Shown: positions 1 through 10,709, numbered from the stretch's first letter. The stretch is DNA of 64,000 bases from Nitrospirota bacterium (GCA_963701855.1 CAVPBK010000006.1:480001-544000); one strand, 5' to 3'. Numbers and translations: made by a program. The notes: a model not told the origin generated them from the letters alone.

Positions 1-79
1 CGTTCCACCTCCCTTCCGCCACAGCATTAGGCCAGTCTTTTGTAAGCTGCCGCCTCGGCGCCTGGTGCTGATCCAGCGG

Positions 80-206
80 GCAGGATGCTGAAAAATCCCG
101 CCAGCTTCGTTCTCAGCTTATCAAAATCCTCAACGTACCCCTGAGGGTACGCCTCCGGTTTCGACTCGCTTGCGGCCTTGCTGGACGGCCTTTTTGAGCA
201 TCCTGC
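80..206 (+). mobile_element. Family A MITE-like element, ~127 bp core form
   Basis: Terminal inverted repeats GCAGGATGCTGAAAAA and TTTTTGAGCATCCTGC; central CGTACCC...GGGTACG palindrome; homologous to 8 other copies in the window. Confidence 0.85.
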
Positions 207-236
207 AAGATCTGCTGCCTGAGAGCTATTCCGGAC

Positions 237-1445
237 TCAACGGAACGACATGGCTTCGAGGAGCAGATCCTTGAAGGAGGATTTAACCACACTCTTCGCG
301 CGGACATAAAACGTTTGGTAGGTCTCACGCCCACGGAGTACATCGTAGTAGAGCATAACAATGTGTTGATAGCGGGGCAGAAGGCGGTGGCAGAGATACG
401 GATACGAATAGACGAGACTCGCCATTCGGGCCGCCACCCGAAACTCCTCGTAGATCTCCCGCTTGACGGCCTCTTCGTAATCGGCCAGCGACCGTTGCCG
501 ATCATTGAACTGGTTCAGAATCGATTCTGCAGCCAACTGTCCAGACCTCACCGCGTAATAGATGCCTTCGCCGAATAGGGGATCGACAAGGTGCGCAGCG
601 TCTCCCGTCAACAAGGCGCGTCCGCTCACCAATTTGATTGACTCCCGATTGTCCTTGGACACGCTGGGCTCACTGAAGAGCGGAAGTGGATGGCCGACCG
701 GCTGCGGTACCTTCCAGAGAGCCAATCCTTTCTCCCCCTGTACGAATTGATCAAAAATCTTCTTCGGGCTCGCGAGACCTCCGCGAAGATCCCCCACGCC
801 GATCGAGAGCCGTTCCTGCTTTGGGAAAATCCAGGCATACCCTGCGGGTGTTGCGCCGATATCGATGAGCGCACGGCCGGTGCCGGGATAATGGGGTGCA
901 GGCCCGATCGGGATTTCACTCTCCAGGGTCGCCATCCGACGGCTCCGGCGGCTCGGAAACAACTGCTGCGCTACCAGGCTGTTCGCCCCATCCGCCCCGA
1001 TCAGAGCCTTGGCCAGATACCGGCCCCGATCCGTCGTCACTTCAATGCCATCGGGAAGCTGCCGGCAGGACGTCACCGGCTCGTCTTCGTGCACCTCGGC
1101 GCCCACTCGCCTTGCTTTCTCTACGAGGAAATGGTCGAACCGGTCTCGCATGACCATGTAGGCGATCGGACTGGAAGAATCAAGGAAGAAGGGATCCGCA
1201 CCGCGGTAGGAAAACTGTATGCCGTAGATCGTATGCTCGACGACCGACTTGTAATCGTCTTCCAAAATACGGTCGATGCGGGCAGACAGCCCTCCACCGC
1301 AGACTTTGTACCGTGGATGTGTAGCCTTATCGAGTCCGAGCACAGACAGGCCGGCTCGACTCAACCGATAAGCAGCGGTGGCACCAGCCGGTCCCATGCC
1401 GACAACCAAGGCATCATAAGCTTTGACATCGGGTAAAGTGGGCAT
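237..1445 (-). CDS. Geranylgeranyl reductase family FAD-dependent oxidoreductase
   Basis: GxGPAG Rossmann motif, PRYKVCGGG, YAWIFPK, GDAA...DPLFGEGIYYA. Confidence 0.9.
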   Translation of the reverse strand: MPTLPDVKAYDALVVGMGPAGATAAYRLSRAGLSVLGLDKATHPRYKVCGGGLSARIDRILEDDYKSVVEHTIYGIQFSYRGADPFFLDSSSPIAYMVMRDRFDHFLVEKARRVGAEVHEDEPVTSCRQLPDGIEVTTDRGRYLAKALIGADGANSLVAQQLFPSRRSRRMATLESEIPIGPAPHYPGTGRALIDIGATPAGYAWIFPKQERLSIGVGDLRGGLASPKKIFDQFVQGEKGLALWKVPQPVGHPLPLFSEPSVSKDNRESIKLVSGRALLTGDAAHLVDPLFGEGIYYAVRSGQLAAESILNQFNDRQRSLADYEEAVKREIYEEFRVAARMASLVYSYPYLCHRLLPRYQHIVMLYYDVLRGRETYQTFYVRAKSVVKSSFKDLLLEAMSFR

Positions 1446-1470
1446 GGCATTGTCTTCGCTTGTGAGTTCT

Positions 1471-1557
1471 GAAGTGCTGAGTGCTGAGACTTGGATTAGG
1501 ATTGCCGGTGCACGGGTTCTGAAAATGGGGGCTCTCTGACTCAGAACTCAGCACTTC
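1471..1557. repeat. Family D inverted 7-bp tandem array (GTGCTGA / TCAGCAC)
   Basis: GAAGTGCTGAGTGCTGAGA at 1471-1489 pairs with ACTCAGAACTCAGCACTTC at 1539-1557. Confidence 0.8.
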
Positions 1558-1582
1558 TTACTTTGGCAGTCTGACCTTCTGG

Positions 1583-2329
1583 TCACTGCCCGAGGTACCA
1601 GCCAATCCCGTACCGCTCCAGAAAACTAGTGATCATTGTGAGGCTATTGGCGTATATCATGACGCCCACGACGATGAGCATCACTCCGCTCACAGTGGAG
1701 ACGCCCCACAAATACACACGCGCCTGCTTGAAATAGGCAAGGAACCGATCGACCCCCAAGGCCGTGAGAAACAACGGCACCCCCAGTCCCAACGAATAGC
1801 TCGACAGCAACAGCACCCCGTTCAGCATCGACTCGGTCGTGCTGGCATACAATAAGATGGTCCCGAGCACCGGCCCGACGCAGGGTGTCCACCCGGCGGC
1901 AAATGCCACGCCGATCAAGAACGATCCCACATACCCGACCGGCCGATTTCTGAATTGGAAACGATGCTCCATTTTCAGAAAACTGATATTCACAATCCCC
2001 AATAAATAGAGGCCGAAGATGACGATCACGATCCCGCCGATTCGTCGAACGTAATCTTGATAGGTCACCAGAGCCTGGCCGATGAAGCTGGCCGATGCGC
2101 CAAATGAGATAAAGACCGCTGAAAATCCACCGATAAACAACAGGGCATTGACGACAATGGTTTTTTTAAACTTCGACCGCACCGTCGAGTCGGTGAGTTG
2201 TTCGATGGACAGTCCTGTGATGTATGAAATGTAGGAGGGAACCAGCGGGAGCACGCAGGGCGAGACGAACGACAGCAACCCAGCCGAAAAGGCCGCCACC
2301 AAAGAAATATTTGTGATCGATTGCGACAA
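1583..2329 (-). CDS. ccdA: Cytochrome c biogenesis protein CcdA (DsbD transmembrane domain)
   Basis: SFVSPCVLPL and GWTPCVGP motifs with multiple TM helices; probable TTG start at 2329, because the longer ORF-track start lies inside a MITE. Confidence 0.9.
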   Translation of the reverse strand: MSQSITNISLVAAFSAGLLSFVSPCVLPLVPSYISYITGLSIEQLTDSTVRSKFKKTIVVNALLFIGGFSAVFISFGASASFIGQALVTYQDYVRRIGGIVIVIFGLYLLGIVNISFLKMEHRFQFRNRPVGYVGSFLIGVAFAAGWTPCVGPVLGTILLYASTTESMLNGVLLLSSYSLGLGVPLFLTALGVDRFLAYFKQARVYLWGVSTVSGVMLIVVGVMIYANSLTMITSFLERYGIGWYLGQ

Positions 2330-2343
2330 TGCCGGACAGACTC

Positions 2344-2557
2344 CTAGCAGGCTTCGGAAAAACTCTGTTGGTACGATAGAACTTCCCCGATCCGCATGTC
2401 TGGGACAACAGACGAATACCACGCAGGATGCTCAAACTGGTTTGTTTTGTTTATCTGGTTCATTTGGTCTGTCCGGTTTAACCAAACAAACGAGACAAAC
2501 CAAATAAACCAAATAACGGTCTTCTTCTATTGGCGGGCTTTTTCAGCATTCTGCTAG
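2344..2557 (-). mobile_element. Family A MITE, long form with interior replaced by a 9-bp inverted array
   Basis: CTAG on both flanks (2344-2347, 2554-2557); TIRs intact; ~75 bp extension homologous to that of the copy at 61909-62114. Confidence 0.85.
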
Positions 2558-3111
2558 GATTTCATCAACATCTGCACAAGCTGATGCGCTTCAGCCGCTC
2601 CCCAGTCACGCGCACCGAAAATTTGATGGCGGACAATCCCTTGCCGATCGACCATGAAGGTCATCGGGAGGCTCCGAGCGCCATAGGTCAATCCCACACG
2701 ATAATCGGCATCGTGGAGGATGGGAAAGGTCAACCGGTTTTCTTTTTGGAACGGCCTGGTCACCGATACCCCTTCCGCATCGGTAGACACGGCGAGAATC
2801 TCAAAGTCCTTCCGCGAAAACGTCTGATAGAGCTGCTCCATTGCCGGCATCTCGACTCGACAGGGACCACACCAGGTAGCCCAAAAATTCACCATCACCA
2901 CTTTGCCGCGCATGTCCGAAAGCGCTACAAGACGTCCCTGCAAGTCCTGGAGCTGGAAGTTCGGCGCCGGCTCACCTAGCTTAACACTATGGCGACCGGC
3001 GACCGGCAAAATATCCGGTGGCGCCGCACCACCTATCCCGACTATGGCGGTCACAAGACAGAGCACCATTCCAGTAACCCCAAGCCTTATTGTCATTTTT
3101 TCACTCTGCAA
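2554..3111 (-). CDS. TlpA/ResA family thiol-disulfide oxidoreductase
   Basis: N-terminal hydrophobic anchor, NFWATWCGPC, cis-Pro loop SLPMTF; adjacent to ccdA. Confidence 0.9.
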   Translation of the reverse strand: MQSEKMTIRLGVTGMVLCLVTAIVGIGGAAPPDILPVAGRHSVKLGEPAPNFQLQDLQGRLVALSDMRGKVVMVNFWATWCGPCRVEMPAMEQLYQTFSRKDFEILAVSTDAEGVSVTRPFQKENRLTFPILHDADYRVGLTYGARSLPMTFMVDRQGIVRHQIFGARDWGAAEAHQLVQMLMKS

Positions 3112-3133
3112 TTCAACTCCTGAAGGTCCACCG

Positions 3134-3282
3134 CCTTGGGTCCGATAGTAACTCCATCAGCCACCCAAGGCATAATTGACCCACATCGCCCTGAGAAAGA
3201 TACTGAAGGCCAGTAAGGGAAATCCGACCATTATCGCGTTGTAGCTTAACTCATCAATGGAGGCGAGATCCGCAGAGTCAGG
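3134..3282 (-). pseudogene. Relic fragment of cytochrome c synthase CcsA/ResC (WWD-domain region)
   Basis: Minus-strand translation DLASIDELSYNAIMVGFPLLAFSIFLRAMWVNYALGG*WS resembles the CcsA pattern LDxLSYxxxxxGFPLLxxxxxxGAxWAxxAWGxYWxWDPK; in-frame TGA at 3157-3159. Confidence 0.7.
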
Positions 3283-3447
3283 TTATCTTACAAGTGGCTG
3301 AAAATGGGTGTCAAGCAAGCCGGGGCGTCAACATCCCAGACGATCCCCTACTTTCGGCGGAATGGACAACAGAGGACTCATTCGGATACTATCGCGCTGA
3401 TCCAGCCTATTGTCTGATTATTGATCACCTGAACCCAAGAGGGGCTA

Positions 3448-4596
3448 ATGCGACAAAACTACCTGTTCACATCAGAGTCCGTCACGGAAGGACATCCGGA
3501 CAAGATCGCCGACCAGATCTCCGACGGAATCCTCGACGCGATCATTGCGAAAGACAAATATGCCCGAGTGGCCTGCGAAACGATTCTGACCACCGGAATT
3601 GCTTTCGTGGCCGGGGAAATTTCCACCAAGGCTTACGTCGAGATTCCCGATATCATTCGCGAAGTCATCAAGGATGTCGGCTATTGCGACGCCGCGTGGG
3701 GATTCGATTACCATACCTGTTCCGTGCTCACCGCCATTCACCAGCAATCGGGAGATATCTCCATGGGCGTGGATTCCGGCGGCGCCGGCGATCAGGGACT
3801 GATGTTCGGCTACGCCACCAACGAAACGACTGAACTCATGCCGATGCCGATCGTCCTCGCCCATCGGCTCACCAAGCGGCTGGCTGAAGTCAGGAAAAAG
3901 AACATCCTCCCCTGGGTCCGTCCCGATGGAAAATCCCAAGTGACCGTGGAATATCGGAACGGAAAACCGGTGCGGATCGACACCATCGTCGTCTCGACCC
4001 AACACAGTCCCGACGTGACGAACAAGCAGATCGAACGCGACATCATGGAGAAGGTCATCAAGCCCATGATGCCGAAAGGACTCTACGACCCGACGAGCGT
4101 GAAACACCACATCAATCCCACCGGCCGCTTCGTGGTCGGCGGTCCGATGGGGGACACCGGGCTCACGGGCCGCAAGATCATCGTCGACACTTATGGCGGC
4201 CACGGCAGCCATGGAGGCGGCGCATTTTCAGGCAAGGATCCCACGAAGGTGGACCGGTCGGCCTCGTACATGGCCCGCTACATCGCAAAGAACATCGTCG
4301 CCGCCGGCTTGGCCCAGAAGTGCGAAGTCCAGCTCGCCTACGCGATCGGCGTGGCCGATCCCGTCTCGGTACTGGTCGACACGAAAGGTACAGAAAAGGT
4401 GGCGGTCGAGAAGCTGGATAAGCTCGTACGGACACACTTCCCCTTGACCCCGCGTGGGATCATCGACTACCTCAAGCTCCGCCGACCGATCTTCAGAAAG
4501 ACCGCTTCCTATGGGCACTTCGGCAGGAACGAACCGGGGTTCACCTGGGAAAAGACGGACAAGGCCAAAATCTTGCGCAGAGACGCAGGGCTGTAG
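3448..4596 (+). CDS. metK: S-adenosylmethionine synthetase
   Basis: [34 protein letters not shown] motifs. Confidence 0.99.
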   Translation: MRQNYLFTSESVTEGHPDKIADQISDGILDAIIAKDKYARVACETILTTGIAFVAGEISTKAYVEIPDIIREVIKDVGYCDAAWGFDYHTCSVLTAIHQQSGDISMGVDSGGAGDQGLMFGYATNETTELMPMPIVLAHRLTKRLAEVRKKNILPWVRPDGKSQVTVEYRNGKPVRIDTIVVSTQHSPDVTNKQIERDIMEKVIKPMMPKGLYDPTSVKHHINPTGRFVVGGPMGDTGLTGRKIIVDTYGGHGSHGGGAFSGKDPTKVDRSASYMARYIAKNIVAAGLAQKCEVQLAYAIGVADPVSVLVDTKGTEKVAVEKLDKLVRTHFPLTPRGIIDYLKLRRPIFRKTASYGHFGRNEPGFTWEKTDKAKILRRDAGL

Positions 4597-4631
4597 TTTA
4601 GACCAGATCGATCACAAGGGGGACGGATTGA

Positions 4632-5945
<1,314 letters not shown>

Positions 5946-5949
5946 CGGC

Positions 5950-6145
5950 GGGCCTGAGGCTCGCTGTCGCTCCCAGGCTCCCGGAATGACCCTTCCGGCC
6001 TCAGGCGAAGCGAACCTTCTGGAATTCCTTCAGCTGCGGTCGCTTCGGCGACCGCAGTCCTTCAGTCAGTTCCAGCTTTCACATCGCCCGAGGCTCGGTG
6101 GGTCCCCATTCCTCCGCCAAGGTCGCGCCAGAGAGCCTCAGGCCC
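5950..6145 (+). repeat. Family C ~196-nt structured element, copy 1
   Basis: Perfect 13-bp closing IR GGGCCTGAGGCTC / GAGCCTCAGGCCC; core CCTTCTGGAATTCCTTCA-[hairpin]-CTTCAGTCAGTTCCAGCTTT shared with copies at ~10.8 and ~35.3 kb. Confidence 0.8.
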
Positions 6146-6222
6146 TCCTGGGGAGAACGTAAAAATGCGCGCAAGTGGACCACTCCGCACCACTTCTGCC
6201 AGCAATGGAGAAGGGAGTAAGG

Positions 6223-6255
6223 AAAAGGCCACCGGAAACGGTGGCCTTTTTGTTT
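6223..6255 (+). terminator. Rho-independent terminator
   Basis: AAAAGGCCACCG-GAAA-CGGTGGCCTTTTTGTTT. Confidence 0.85.
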
Positions 6256-6301
6256 GCGGTCGAGCCAGCAGTGGCTGACACCGCCCCTCACTGAGGAGGA
6301 T

Positions 6302-6395
6302 AGAGCGAGACAGATGCTCCCTACTGCTCGCAGACCGCGCACGATCAGAATGTGCTCGGTCGATGCGCGCAGTAGGGCGCGCCTGCACCCACTCC
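6302..6395 (+). repeat. Family B ~100-nt hairpin element, copy 1
   Basis: Core TGCTCGCAGACCGCGCACGATCAGAATGTGCTCGGTCGATGCGCGCA, also present at 19.5, 45.7 and 49.0 kb. Confidence 0.8.
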
Positions 6396-6474
6396 GCTGT
6401 GACAGAAGTTGAGGGATTAGAAAGGCGACCTTTCTGTTTTCTTGAAGCCTTGTCAGCTAACCTTTCACGCAAAG

Positions 6475-6640
6475 CCCGCTGATTAAGAGTGATAAACGGC
6501 CATTTTTCACAAAGCTCGCTATTGCAACGGTTTCCCCAATTTAGTTAGCAATATCGAAGTCCTATAGCATTCTATTCAGTCTATACATTCCCGTTCGTTC
6601 CTTTCCTTTCCCGCCTTGTCTGGTCACAAAAGTGGTCACA
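6475..6640 (-). mobile_element. att-like scar: tRNA-Lys(CUU) anticodon/3' fragment plus arm-type direct repeats
   Basis: Minus strand ACTCTTAATCAGCGGG (6490-6475); imperfect IR at ~6506-6556; TGGTCACA twice with a 12-bp period at 6621-6640. Confidence 0.55.
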
Positions 6641-6836
6641 TCTGTTTCACGGCTTCATGACAATGAGCGAAAGCAACAAGGTGATAATAGAAATATCTGC
6701 TTCATCGAAGGTCTTTCATCACCAATCCGGACTCACTCGGACTTCCATCCTGAAACCAGATCCCACCCGTGCACCCCTGCTTCGGCAAGACTATCGTGAG
6801 TCGTGTCTCGTGTGGGTTAGGACCTGAAAGACGTCA

Positions 6837-8492
6837 TCACGTTCGAGCTACGGCATTCGGCAGCTCTACCATCTTTTGGTACAGCAGTCCGCCAACATAC
6901 AGGGAGGCACCAAGCACCAGCAGACAGCCAATGCGGACGAGCGAATCGGCACCGGAAAGATCAAAGAGCCAGACTTTGATTCCAAAGGCCCCGAATACAA
7001 AGAGCGCGGACTGTCCAAGGCTTTTATTGGACAGCCGGATGGCGACCAGAAGAGTGGCCATCGCCAAGAGCGCCCAGATCAGCGAGATGGCGAGTCGACC
7101 ATGGAACAGCTGTCCCGCTCCAGCCATGGTATTGGCGTGCCCCATGTAGAGGAGCCAGGGGGAATAGAGGGCTAAGTCCCGCTGACTTTGGAGAAGCCCA
7201 TACCCCACATACAAGGCGATCGCGTACAGCGGGATCAAGAACTTATACCCCGGGACCTCCTGTACTTCCCACTCCAATAACAAACGACCATCATTGATCA
7301 GAAAGATCATGATGGCTGCGGCAAACACCGGCCACCAGTTGATGGCATGCTCAGAATGCAGACTGGCATAGCCAGCCATAAGCACGATTAGTCCCAGACC
7401 GACCCAGAGTCGTAATCGGTCAGGCAGTAATTCGAGATACCCTGCATGCAGCATCACGACCGCCGCATAGGCAGCAATGATGAGCCGACCCGCTGACGCG
7501 GAGACGGAGTACGCTCGCGCCAGTGCGTAAGCGCTGAGGAGAACTACCAAACTGCTACAGGCAATCCATGGGGCCCAGGTGGGCAGATGCTCTCGCAAGA
7601 TGGTGTATTGCAGGAAATAAAAAATCAGCAGGACTGGGAGGTGGGATTTGACCGAGCGCATCTCGAGCGGAGCCTGATGGACCACCGAGAAGATAGCTGT
7701 GGCCCCGGTGAACAGGAGGAACTGCAGGAGCTGGAAGGTCACTGCGGCGTGCCACTGCGTGGGATTCCCGTCTCTCCACGCGTAGTCAAAGACGATCAGG
7801 GCGAGATAGGCCGCAAGCAGATACACCTGCCGTCGCTCAACCTTAATGGCATACCAACAGTACAGCACGCTCCAGGCGGAGAAGTAGATCGCGAGATCCA
7901 GAGGATTTTGATGAAAGGTTGTTAGCAGGACCGGGGCGGAATAGGACCCAATGACCGCGACGAGCGGATAAAACTCGCCTTCGAATACACGTCCCAAGAC
8001 CAATGCGACTCCACAAATGAGCACAACTCCTATAGTCGCTTGCAGTGGTGTAATTAGGCTGTAGTAAAGATGTCCACCATAATCCGCCAGAAAGAGAATG
8101 ACCAAGCCAGCCCCAGGGAGAAAACTTGCGTACCTCGGATGCTTCGCCTTTACGGTGAAGCCGATGAAAATCAGCACGAGACCAAAGAGAGCGGCCAGCA
8201 CCACCTGACGAACGGGAGTCAGCCACCCGACGGTGATGGCCAGGCGAATCAGATACGATGCCGCCAGGATGAGGGCCGCCATACTGCCCCACCCCAAGAT
8301 GGCGGTGGCGGTTGGTGTGGGCGGTATGGCCGGTGTAGACGATGAGGCAGGACGAGCGGTGTGTCGTGGGGGGGCTGGGATGGAGGGCGGCGCAGCGTAT
8401 GACGGAGGCGCAGCACTCCGGAGCTTCAGGGCCTCTTCAATGGCCTGGAGCCGAACGTCAATCGCATGGAACCGTCCCTCGAATTCGTCCAT
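6837..8492 (-). CDS. Polytopic membrane protein, DUF2339-like
   Basis: N-terminal coiled coil and Pro-rich linker, GWLTPVRQ motif, many TM helices, C-terminal K..LFDL......RI...LVLG pattern. Confidence 0.75.
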   Translation of the reverse strand: MDEFEGRFHAIDVRLQAIEEALKLRSAAPPSYAAPPSIPAPPRHTARPASSSTPAIPPTPTATAILGWGSMAALILAASYLIRLAITVGWLTPVRQVVLAALFGLVLIFIGFTVKAKHPRYASFLPGAGLVILFLADYGGHLYYSLITPLQATIGVVLICGVALVLGRVFEGEFYPLVAVIGSYSAPVLLTTFHQNPLDLAIYFSAWSVLYCWYAIKVERRQVYLLAAYLALIVFDYAWRDGNPTQWHAAVTFQLLQFLLFTGATAIFSVVHQAPLEMRSVKSHLPVLLIFYFLQYTILREHLPTWAPWIACSSLVVLLSAYALARAYSVSASAGRLIIAAYAAVVMLHAGYLELLPDRLRLWVGLGLIVLMAGYASLHSEHAINWWPVFAAAIMIFLINDGRLLLEWEVQEVPGYKFLIPLYAIALYVGYGLLQSQRDLALYSPWLLYMGHANTMAGAGQLFHGRLAISLIWALLAMATLLVAIRLSNKSLGQSALFVFGAFGIKVWLFDLSGADSLVRIGCLLVLGASLYVGGLLYQKMVELPNAVART

Positions 8493-8845
8493 TATCGAGA
8501 TCTCAGATGGCGGACGTGATCTTGGCCATCCCGCGTACGCGTGAACCAGAGCAAGTGTGCGATCGATACGCCAAGCCTGAGCATCTACCGAGAAGTATAG
8601 ACGGTACTGTCACATCGTCAAGGATTCCATAACAACACAACGAATGGCGAAGATCGTCCAGGTGGGAGCACCTGATCGGGACTCAAAGCATCAGGCAAGA
8701 GCTTGTGCTAATAATTCCTAACCCCCTGCTCCTACGACTAAACCTATCCTCCAATCAGCTGATTTAAGGACAGCGGAGAGTTGGTCTTGCTAGGCTGAGA
8801 TAACGAAAGTTTGGAGGCTGTAATTCTCGCAGGTATTGTGGACAA

Positions 8846-9003
8846 CCGACCAGCGGTTTAGGAAACCGTGTACGTCAGCCCACTCAGGCTCACTGGAACT
8901 CATTCAGGCCAACTGGGGCCAAGGTTTTCTGGGATACGAACTTTGGCTGGAGTAGGCCTGAGTGAGTTGGAGTGAGGTGGGCTTGAGCACAAAACGAGCA
9001 CAA
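8846..9003 (-). mobile_element. att-like scar: tRNA-Arg(CCU) anticodon stem-loop fragment plus arm-type direct repeats
   Basis: Minus strand ACGGTTTCCTAAACCGCTGGTCGG (8869-8846); long imperfect IR at 8877-8983; GAGCACAA twice with an 11-bp period at 8985-9003. Confidence 0.6.
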
Positions 9004-9120
9004 TTGGCTCCTGAACTGTATGCGCTACGCAACCTAATGGTATGGTTTTCGAGGGAAAACGTGGTCTAGTTCCATGCTTTCCAAGGAGGTAAGGGGCTCT
9101 CGCCTAAACTGAGTCGCTCC

Positions 9121-9540
9121 TCATACCATTGCTTGTAACCTTGAGCCCATCCCTAGCTCCCGTTCTATTTCTGGGGGGAAACACGGAACGAGAATGCCAA
9201 GCCAACGAGCCAATGCAGTTTTTCTCAATCTCCATATCCGTACACAATGGCATGTTCGTTCTGAATAAAATGAATTCTTATTAATAGCTTCAGTATGAGG
9301 AGAAATACGGATCAACATTTAGAACCTCATTCCCATAATATATCCTCTTTGTCGTCTCCAATTTCGTGAAACCTAAATGCCAACATGGATCGAGCAACTG
9401 TATCTTGCTCATCCTCAAGAGTTCTCAGCCGTTCACAAAGCTTGATGGCCTCTAAATGGTTTCCTTCTTTTGCTATCTTAAATGAGAGGTACACCTCACT
9501 AACCGTCGCTTTGCCGCATTGAGATATTTCATGTGTACTA
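9121..9540 (-). pseudogene. AT-rich decayed coding remnant (helical or TPR-like fragments)
   Basis: Short protein-like frames (YLSFKIAKEGNHLEAIKLCERLRTLEDEQD...) broken by stops. Confidence 0.3.
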
Positions 9541-9858
9541 TCAAGCCTGGTTGTTTGGATTCAACGATACATCGACTCCAATCCAAGGCTCCAACCGGCA
9601 AACTCTCGCCTTCTACATTGCTATCCTGAAAATAGGAGAATGGCAAAATATTTCAGGGAAAAGACTAGTTGTCTGGAGGCGTGTCAAAAACGCTGTGAGT
9701 AACTAGCCGGTATCACTTGGATTCAGTTGAGGATTAATGGTAGTGGTCAAAGAGGCCAAAACAACTAATTTTGAACCTACATGAAATCGTGGTTGCTGAA
9801 CATTGTAGAGAGGATGTTGTGGAACGCTACGGGCGCAGGTAACTCAGTGTTCTCGCAG

Positions 9859-10310
9859 TTAATCCACTTGAATTTGATCGAAGGGTCGCAACTCATATGT
9901 TAAATTGTTCTCCTTACCACTGAGACGGAATCGATACCCACCTATTTGATAAACCTGTCCCACACGAAGACTCTCGGCTGCCAACTCTTCTTTCCACCCA
10001 GGAAGTGGAACTCCATAGGTGACTTCTTTGAGTGTCGCCTCTTTGCTCATGGGCTTAATCGACCACACAGTTCGATAAGGCTTTTCCGAACCCTTTGGAG
10101 ACACCTCAAGAACGTCAAACACGCTTACCCATACCCCCGACGTGAGCACCCAGGGGAGGCACTAACGCAAAATGTCGGGTTTCCTTTTGTGTCAAGGCTC
10201 TTGATTGACAGATGCCATTCGTATTCACACCCGCTGAGTGCCCACATGACAACGAGGAGCGGTACACCCCATTGGAAATATTTCCATTTGAATCCCATAG
10301 GAAATGTCAT
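9859..10310 (-). pseudogene. Putative lipoprotein split by a one-base frameshift
   Basis: Lipobox WALSGC in 10125-10310 joins 9859-10149 if the G5 run near 10134-10138 were G6. Confidence 0.65.
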
Positions 10311-10709
10311 ACTTCAACGAGCCTATCGGTCGCTGGAGACTCCGATGTGTACTCCCCCACTTAATTTAACCGGCCTTCTAATTTAGCCATGGAAGCAGCA
10401 AAGATTCCTAACACATTTCTTTTCAAGCCTACCATAAGGCCTGGAACACGCTGGATAGATTTGTCTTATTCCGCTTATGACTTGGGAGGAATGGCTGTGA
10501 AACTTGGCGGCATTCGATTAAGAGAGATGAAAATGGCTAAAAATTCACTTTCATTTGATTGGCCCGATGAAAAAAGGCAACGGCGAAGAAGAAAACAGTG
10601 TCAGGAACAGTTTGCTAATGCAGAGGTAGCTACCGGTCCAGGTGCTCGATCTCGCACATCATCGCGCATGTGCGCAGGGAGACAAGAAAACAGGGACATC
10701 CAAATTTTT

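Noticed and set aside
113..505. ORFs reading through family A MITEs (also 15610-15918, 50987-51292, 56936-57166, 61824-62114, 61904-62092) with similar peptides such as MLKKSAS...LLDGLFEHP
   Set aside because: The similarity comes from the DNA repeat; there is no RBS and they overlap real genes
2438..2515. Regular short repeats suggesting a CRISPR array
   Set aside because: These are 9-bp (elsewhere 7-bp) units without unique spacers, and there are no cas genes
3290..3447. SAM or SAH riboswitch upstream of metK-ahcY
   Set aside because: No recognisable SAM-I, SAM-II or SAH consensus by eye; an Rfam scan would settle it
6015..6079. Hammerhead ribozyme or C/D-box kink-turn on the opposite strand of the family C core (CUGACUGAAG...CUGAAGGA)
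   Set aside because: No exact CUGANGA plus GAAA core in a three-stem arrangement; the resemblance is only partial
6475..8869. Intact tRNA-Lys or tRNA-Arg genes
   Set aside because: Only 16-24 nt fragments; no D arm, T loop or acceptor stem
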